Origin: Rotaria socialis
Taxonomy: Eukaryota
Assembly: GCA_905331295.1 (NCBI GenBank)
Contig: CAJNYD010000030.1
Coordinates: 1 to 54,904 of the forward strand
DNA length: 54,904 bases
Direction: 5' to 3'
The notes under the pieces are model-generated. The model was given only the letters and a program-made list of their open reading frames with translations. It did not search any database and was not told the DNA's origin. Both the position numbers and the translations under genes were made by a program. Every line of letters starts with the position of its first letter. Within the stretch, counting starts at the first letter, position 1. Positions 50,540 to 54,904 of the stretch are shown in pieces.

Positions 50540-52090
50540 GTGATAATAGTACACATATATTTAAAATATAATTGTAATAGTTGGTCATGTTCTTATTATT
50601 TCAATGAAACTATTAAAAATAAAACTATGCATCGCTATCATCGGCGATAGATTCATGTGCTGATATTTCATCTATCTCTCCTGATGATAAAAATGAAGTT
50701 TCTATTCTCTCTTCGTTAAATATATCTACTGATGGATCACCATTGATGACGCAATATCATCATATACACTTTTTCAATTAGGGCTAGTCATAGGTAGCTG
50801 AGAGACTCAAGCCTTCCCTAAATAAATGTGGAAACTTCGGATTTCATCCGAGAGTTATGCGTACTGCAAAAAGTGCATGCGACATATGAGTCATTCTAGA
50901 ATGCCTGAACACGAAAATTATCATGAGAAACTAGACATTTTGATTTCTGGATGGAGTTTTTGTGAATTTTGAGACGTTTTTCAGGCGATGTTTCGTTAGA
51001 AAGCTATGACTTAGTTCAAAACTAATATCAGATTTAGAATCNGCATCAGAATGTAACAAGAGGTCTTTATGGATATTATCAGATGATGAAGTAAAGAAAT
51101 ATGTTATTCATCATGTTGGTCGATCATGGCATTCATTCGATGGATATATTTTTAATCAAATATATGAATATCAAAAACTTTTTATTTTTTTTCTCACCTT
51201 TTGTATTATTTTTCTTGTATTTGTTTTTAAACATCAAAGTTTCACTTTGACATTTATAAAATTCGGATAAAAAAAAATTTTCTCTAATAAAATTTTATAA
51301 CTAAATGTTAAGCATTTTTCAATTTTTAATAAAAATTCAAATTAAAAGATTTCTCAAAACTTTTCTTCTCAATATTAGATCTTAACAGGAAGTCTCAAAC
51401 GAAGATGAATGAAACAATTTCGATTTTGAAGAGAATATCTTTTTATTCAAGCAAAATATATAAATCGATAAATTTGTTTCAGATTCTTTTTTTTTAAACA
51501 TGAGACTTTTAAGATTATTTATTCAAAATTGAGATATGTAGGATTATTTTTGTTAAAACATCTTTCTGTTTATTTATTTTTCAACGGTACTCTCAATAGT
51601 TTTGCTTTCAGTTTCAATTATGTTCGTCAAAACAAAGAGAAAACAGTTTCAAATTTTAGTCGATTGGAATTCAAAAAAACCAAATTTGATCAATAATTAC
51701 TTTTTAATTCATTTATACAAATAATATTGATTTGTAGTTTGTAGATATCTCATCAATTAAATTCTAATCAGTATTTATTAACATTTTATTTTATTTTTAT
51801 TTTTAGTGAAACACTTTTTTGTTTTCCATAGTTCTGCTCTTGAAAATAATTTTTTCTCGTGATCTTACCGTCATTCTATTGTTTTTTTTTGTGTCATTTT
51901 CTAATGTTTTCTTAAATGTTTTATTTCTATAATTATAAATTCGTTGATACTGTAATTTTATTTAATGAGAAATCTAAATTTTGAATATTAATTTGAATAA
52001 TAAATATGAAGAATTATTTATTAAACGAATAAATCTGAACAATGAATTCAAAAATAAAAGAAAATTGATTAATAAATTTTTCGTTGAATA

Positions 52091-53056
52091 TTAAACAATA
52101 TTAACAAATTCTATCAATGACATTTGTTGTTCGTTTTCTAGATTTTTCATATCGTCTCTATAAATTCTTCCCGATAAATTTTGATTATGAATTTGTTTTT
52201 GTTTTCTTTTTAATGATGAATTAATATCAATTAATAATTTTTCTTGTATATCATTAATAATATTTGATTTTTGATTAACAAGTGGAAAATTTTCAATTGC
52301 TGCTGAAGCAACAACAATCATATTAACGAAATCAGTTGATCGAAATGTAATTATATTATTTTGTCCAAAAACTGAATCTATTGTTAGACGAACATTTATA
52401 TAAGATTGATAAATACAAACAAGATTTACAATGAATAATCCACCGTTAGGATTTAAAAGATATTTTAGTTCAAGAAAAAATTCTTGTGTTTTCATATGAG
52501 AAGGTAAACCACTCATTGAATCATATGCATCGAGTAAAATAATATCATAATTAATTGAATTTAATAAACTTTTTAAAAATTTTCGTCCGTCATTAATAAT
52601 AACTTTCATGTTTGAATCTTCTTTAAAATAAAAATATTTTTTTGCCATTTCATCAACAAGAGGATCGATTTCAATAATTGTTATGGAACATGTTGGATAA
52701 AGTTTTCTGATAGCTCGTGGAAGTGTTCCTCCACCAAGTCCAATTACTAAAATATTTTTATTATCTAATAAAAATGGGTAATATGTTAATGAAATAATCA
52801 TCAATTGAATATATTCAACAAAAGGATAATCGACTCGATTTAAATCAAGTTGAGCTTGTGCACCATTTGACAAATTATTAAAACGCATTATTCGTTTTGT
52901 TCCACATTGAGATATTATTATTGAATAATTATATTTTGATCCTTGTTTAACAAGAATATTTTCACGATGAAATGAAAATAATAAACGAATTATTAAAGAA
53001 AAAACAACATGTAAAATACGCACAATTTTTATTGATAAATGAACTATGATATGCAT
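52091..53056 (-). CDS. Intronless spermidine-synthase-like class I SAM-dependent methyltransferase (~321 aa from the first ATG)
   Basis: ILVIGLGGGTLP (motif I), IIEIDPLV, INDGRKFL, YDIILLDAYD, TQEFF and LNPNGGLFIVN. The first in-frame ATG is at 53056; the ORF track starts at an upstream GTG. Confidence 0.88.
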   Translation of the reverse strand: MHIIVHLSIKIVRILHVVFSLIIRLLFSFHRENILVKQGSKYNYSIIISQCGTKRIMRFNNLSNGAQAQLDLNRVDYPFVEYIQLMIISLTYYPFLLDNKNILVIGLGGGTLPRAIRKLYPTCSITIIEIDPLVDEMAKKYFYFKEDSNMKVIINDGRKFLKSLLNSINYDIILLDAYDSMSGLPSHMKTQEFFLELKYLLNPNGGLFIVNLVCIYQSYINVRLTIDSVFGQNNIITFRSTDFVNMIVVASAAIENFPLVNQKSNIINDIQEKLLIDINSSLKRKQKQIHNQNLSGRIYRDDMKNLENEQQMSLIEFVNIV

Positions 53057-54136
53057 CAATGATTTTTTTCTGTTACTTTCATGATCGACAACGACACAAA
53101 ATGAATCAATATAATTTTCATATATACAAACAAAAATAAAAAATCTCTTTGATCCATAGAAAAAACAAGGTTCATCGTTGTTGAAATCTATCACATCATC
53201 CTGACTTCAGAATCAACCAATGACTGCATTAAAAACTTATATTTTAGAAAAATCTTGGATTTTGTTCTATATTTCGATGGATTCTTCTATTTTAAGTAAT
53301 AAATATTCAAATACAGTAAGACAACGCTAGCAAAATTTTTAAATATCTTTTTAAAGCTTGTCTTGTTCCTCTAACGAGTACATATATATGTGAATATATG
53401 AGTTAGAAAAATCAATCGAATTCTTTTGCCTGAACTTTAATCTGCAGGTCAGACCAGATCACCCAATTCAAGAAATATAACTAGTCTTTCTGTTGCTTTA
53501 CTTTAAAAATTAAAATTAAAAAAGAGTTCTTTCATGTCTTATAATATTACATTTTGTTTCAAACAAAAAACTTAAAAATATACAATGATGACAGAATTAG
53601 ATAAGTTCAACTTTTCAAATGTGCTATTTTTTGATCTAAACTGTTGAAAATGTGATTTTCAAAATTAATTTTTTTTAGATTAAAAGAAAACGAATTATCA
53701 AATATAAAAATTAAATAATTTAAAAGTAAAATATAATAAAATCGAATATAAAAATGATTTAACCATTATTAGTTTCATTTAGATAAATATAAAAATTTTC
53801 CGTTTAATTTTATCTTTTTCTTTTGACTCTGAATATGTTTTCTATTAATTAATGAATTCTTTTAGGAAAGTTTGTCATCGATTAACTTTTTAAATATCAA
53901 TATGATTATCTTTAGTAAGAAGATAATACCATATCACTTAGAGAATCAAATCAACATTGAATCAATTCAGTTTTTCAATATATCAAAAATCAAAAGAGCG
54001 AACGTGATTATAGTCAGAGAACGTATTTTTGAAGACCATTATCCATAACGAAGAAAATGGCATAGTAAACGGTTTTAGAATGATAAGAGATTATTTTACG
54101 TCATCATGCTTCTTGAGGCCACCCCCCCTCGCTCCC

Positions 54137-54225
54137 TGTGACGGCAGCAACGTCACTGATCTTATTATGTACGTTTATTTCTCTTCAGGTGTCCACAGGG
54201 CCAATTTTTATTGCCCTGCCCTGCT
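54137..54225 (-). mobile_element. LTR 3'-end fragment joined to a hAT-like element end
   Basis: The reverse complement reads ..GCCCTGTGGACACCTG|AAGAGAAATAAACGTACA..GTTGCTGCCGTCACA, similar to the LTR end at 9708-9774. Confidence 0.55.
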
Positions 54226-54332
54226 AGTTAAGAAGAATTTTTTTCATGTTTAAATTCAAGTTTAAGTAATCTTTTTTAATTGAAAAATAATTCGACGAAT
54301 ACATAAATGGTCAACAAATAATAAACTAGCCC

Positions 54333-54904
54333 CATAGGCGGCGGAACATTCCTAATTTAGGGGAGGCTCAAATTTTGTTTTTGAAAACAACGACAGAAAG
54401 TCGACATTAGAGGGAGAAAGCACAGTTTTAAATTTCTTGGTTATAACGTTCACTCAAAAAATTTTCTTCACTGACCCATTTTGCACATCTTCAGAACAAT
54501 CGACAATTCTACTACACTATCAAAATTTTTATTTCATTATCAACATAAGCATACAAAATCTTAAACCTTGACTAAAGCAAATAAAAACGTTGCAAGTACA
54601 AAAACTATTATTCATGCCAAAAAAAAGGCTTTTCTACTCTGATTTTTTTGCAATAAAATCAGAACAAATGCTGTTCAAGTTTAACTGATCTATTTTTTCT
54701 TTCTGAATAAGAGAAATAAGGATTTGATTAAAGCGTTGTTGTGTCATTGTTGATCGTAGTCCCTTTCATCGTCATTAGCATTAATAAGTGAAAATATTTC
54801 AAAAACATGCAATATACATATCCTCAGGCTGAACATTACTTTGGAGAAAAAATAGCATCGCTTTTCTAACCGCTTTCACTTATCAAATATAGAATTACGA
54901 TGAA
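54333..54904. mobile_element. Probable left end of another TIR element
   Basis: CATAGGCGGCGGAAC...GGGGGAGGCT terminus-like GC patch. The other end is not in the window. Confidence 0.3.

Noticed and set aside
53057..53194. N-terminal extension of the methyltransferase ORF
   Set aside because: It depends on a GTG start; in a eukaryote the ATG at 53056 is more plausible.

Overview
Very AT-rich eukaryotic (metazoan) genomic scaffold with several N gaps and many short (~55-60 bp) GT-AG introns. This style resembles bdelloid rotifers, but the taxon is an inference. Host genes: a multi-exon Na+/K+-ATPase alpha subunit (2012-7010), a gene starting with a TDP-43-type N-terminal domain whose downstream exons look decayed (minus strand, from 22827), an orphan disordered-protein gene, TTC7, a small secreted 4-Cys peptide, a secreted 12-Cys protein and an intronless bacterial-type spermidine-synthase-like methyltransferase. 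Mobile DNA: a full-length but disrupted PIF/Harbinger element (23105-27062), an intact Kolobok element inserted in its target-site duplication (27067-30416), hAT-, pogo- and Kolobok-type MITEs, LTR relics and a Ulp1-protease relic. The best candidate for new biology is the Na pump. Its reading frame is intact, yet it carries N324Q, N776K, D926V and an ETSY C-terminus (pig alpha1 numbering). These change ion-site residues also changed in salmonid freshwater alpha1a and Artemia alpha2KK pumps, suggesting convergent evolution of a reduced-stoichiometry pump. All homology calls are by eye from remembered motifs; no searches were run.
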